Shown here: piece after piece, positions 62,530-64,000 of the stretch
Numbering within the stretch: position 1 is the first letter of the stretch
How the letters are laid out: each line of letters starts with the position of its first letter
The notes under the pieces: generated by a model
The model's input: the letters and a program-made list of their open reading frames with translations, nothing else
Told to the model about the DNA's origin: nothing
Database searches by the model: none
Position numbers and translations under genes: made by a program
NCBI GenBank assembly: GCA_037146775.1
Contig: JBAWWL010000009.1
Span: 4,575 to 68,574, forward strand
DNA from: Candidatus Omnitrophota bacterium
GTDB lineage: Bacteria; Omnitrophota; Gorgyraeia; Duberdicusellales; 4484-171
Direction of reading: 5' to 3'
DNA: 64,000 nt

Positions 62530-63540
62530 CTACACCAACCTTTCTAATTCTGCCGCAATTTCATGCAGAGGAAGTACCTTATCGATAAAACCCGCATCAA
62601 TAACCATCTTGTTCATACCAAAAACAACCGAGGTCGCCTCATCTTGAGCTATGGTTGTGCCTCCTGCCGCTTTTATCTGCTTAATCCCTTCAAACCCGTC
62701 TTTACCCATGCCAGTCATAAGCACTCCTATCGAATCTTTTCCATATGCTTGAGCTACGGATTGCATCATAAGATCAATGGAAGGAACATGCAATAAATGT
62801 TTTGTAACGTCTTCTCTTAAAACTATTTCTCCGCTTTCATTGACGGTCATATTATAATTATCCGGAGCAAACAAAACGCTGCCAGGCTTGATAGTATCCC
62901 CTGCCTTGGCCACTTGCATCTGTAGCGGTGAGTTTCCTTTCAACCACTCGGCAAGGCCATTTATAAAACCAACCGAAATATGCTGCACCACAAGAATCCC
63001 CGCTGGAAAATGCGCTGGTAACCTGGCAAATAATTCATTCAACGCCTGTGGCCCGCCGGTAGAAATACCTAAGGCCACCACCTTGGCCTCCTTACCGGTC
63101 TTCCTCGAGACGATAGCCCCGGAGGGACTCGGCCTCATCTTCATCCTGCGTAACGGCTTTACCCGGGAAGCAATCTTTACTTTTTCGATTAAATCTTTAG
63201 CGATCGCGTCAATATCCTGCGCTACTGCCACAAAATCCATAGCGCCGATACCAAGGGCCTTAACAATCACGCTGACGTCCATCGTACTCACTACAATAAT
63301 AGATATGGGGCTTTCTTCCATGATCGCCTCAATAGTTTCCAGACCAGACATAATCGGCATTCTTAAATCCATCGTAATCACATCCGGCTTTAATGCTAAA
63401 GCCTTTTCTACGCCTTCCCGGCCGTCTCGAGCCATACCCACCACCTCTAAGCCGGGGTCTGAGCTTAAGATAGCCCGAAGCGCCTCGCGCATGAGGACAC
63501 TGTCGTCAACGATTAAAACGCGAACTTTTTTCTCTACCAT
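62530..63540 (-). CDS. cheB: Chemotaxis response regulator protein-glutamate methylesterase
   Basis: REC domain plus GISTGGP, VQHI, PSID, MTGMGKDG, FGM. Confidence 0.94.
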   Translation of the reverse strand: MVEKKVRVLIVDDSVLMREALRAILSSDPGLEVVGMARDGREGVEKALALKPDVITMDLRMPIMSGLETIEAIMEESPISIIVVSTMDVSVIVKALGIGAMDFVAVAQDIDAIAKDLIEKVKIASRVKPLRRMKMRPSPSGAIVSRKTGKEAKVVALGISTGGPQALNELFARLPAHFPAGILVVQHISVGFINGLAEWLKGNSPLQMQVAKAGDTIKPGSVLFAPDNYNMTVNESGEIVLREDVTKHLLHVPSIDLMMQSVAQAYGKDSIGVLMTGMGKDGFEGIKQIKAAGGTTIAQDEATSVVFGMNKMVIDAGFIDKVLPLHEIAAELERLV

Positions 63541-63548
63541 AGCAATAT

Positions 63549-64000
63549 TTAACCAACCAGCCTTTCAATTGTTTCAAGTAAACCATCGGAAGTAAACTCA
63601 CTTTTTAGGATATACGCGTCCGCCCCCGCTTCCAAACCGCGGCGCTTATCCGCGTCATTTTCGCGGGTAGTGACAATAACGATCGGTACCTTCTTATATA
63701 TATTGTCTTTTCGCAGCGCCGTAACTAGCTCAAAACCGTCGAGGCGCGGCATGAGGACATCGGTAATAACCAAATCAAATGTCTCCTGTTTTATTTTTTC
63801 TAGCGCCTCCTGCCCGTCGCGTGCTATTACTACCGAATAACCCACTGATTCCAGAATATTTTTTTCAAGCATCGCAGTGCTTAGAACGTCCTCAGCTAAA
63901 AGAATAGTCTTTTTCTTCTTTGCCGCAGAAACCCGAGGTTTTATTGCTTCACGCCGGACGACAAACCCCTCTGCCTCTTCGATGATGGAAGGTATATCAA
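63549..64000 (-). CDS. C-terminal receiver domain of a hybrid CheA-like kinase (WspE/ChpA type), 5' part outside the window
   Basis: The frame continues upstream of the tracked ORF (KKTILLAEDVLSTAMLEK...ITDVLMPRLDGF...GADAYILK); adjacent to cheB. Confidence 0.8.
   Translation of the reverse strand, partial: DIPSIIEEAEGFVVRREAIKPRVSAAKKKKTILLAEDVLSTAMLEKNILESVGYSVVIARDGQEALEKIKQETFDLVITDVLMPRLDGFELVTALRKDNIYKKVPIVIVTTRENDADKRRGLEAGADAYILKSEFTSDGLLETIERLVG

Noticed and set aside
62888-63595. 235-aa plus-strand ORF and other plus-strand ORFs across 42.7-64 kb
   Set aside because: They are antisense to well-supported housekeeping genes.

Overview
Bacterial chromosome window; every supported gene is on the minus strand. 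The giant-gene architecture, Tad ATPase and gene content suggest Omnitrophota (OP3), but that is inference. Right part (42.7-64 kb) is housekeeping and signalling: hybrid cheA (partial), cheB, a response regulator, NCS2 permease, GGDEF*/HD-GYP, tadA, a tRNA-Ser locus with an apparently split second tRNA-Ser, ompA/motB-like, uppS-cdsA-dxr-rseP-ispG-cpaF/tadA-ATPase, proS-rimP-nusA-infB and trpS-scpA-ruvB. Left part (1-42 kb) holds two coupled giant genes (TAATG overlap): one of 6198 aa, and one of at least 7818 aa that the ORF track omits because it runs off the window. Both begin with a near-identical ~395-aa signal-bearing N-terminal domain, and both are strings of modules separated by an (A/V)-S-S-(A/P)-(L/V) linker. 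Giant 1 carries an enzyme array: M48 and other zincins, HD, clan-CD His/Cys protease-like, ART-like, GT4, PIMT, HATPase and JAB, ending in a GGIDFNP tail. Giant 2 carries eight helical/HEAT modules, each capped by the same ~120-aa domain, around a ~3,100-aa midasin/Rea1-like cassette (six tandem AAA+ modules, HExxH, VWA/MIDAS). The best candidate for an undescribed system is an exported, possibly self-processing modular polyprotein platform.
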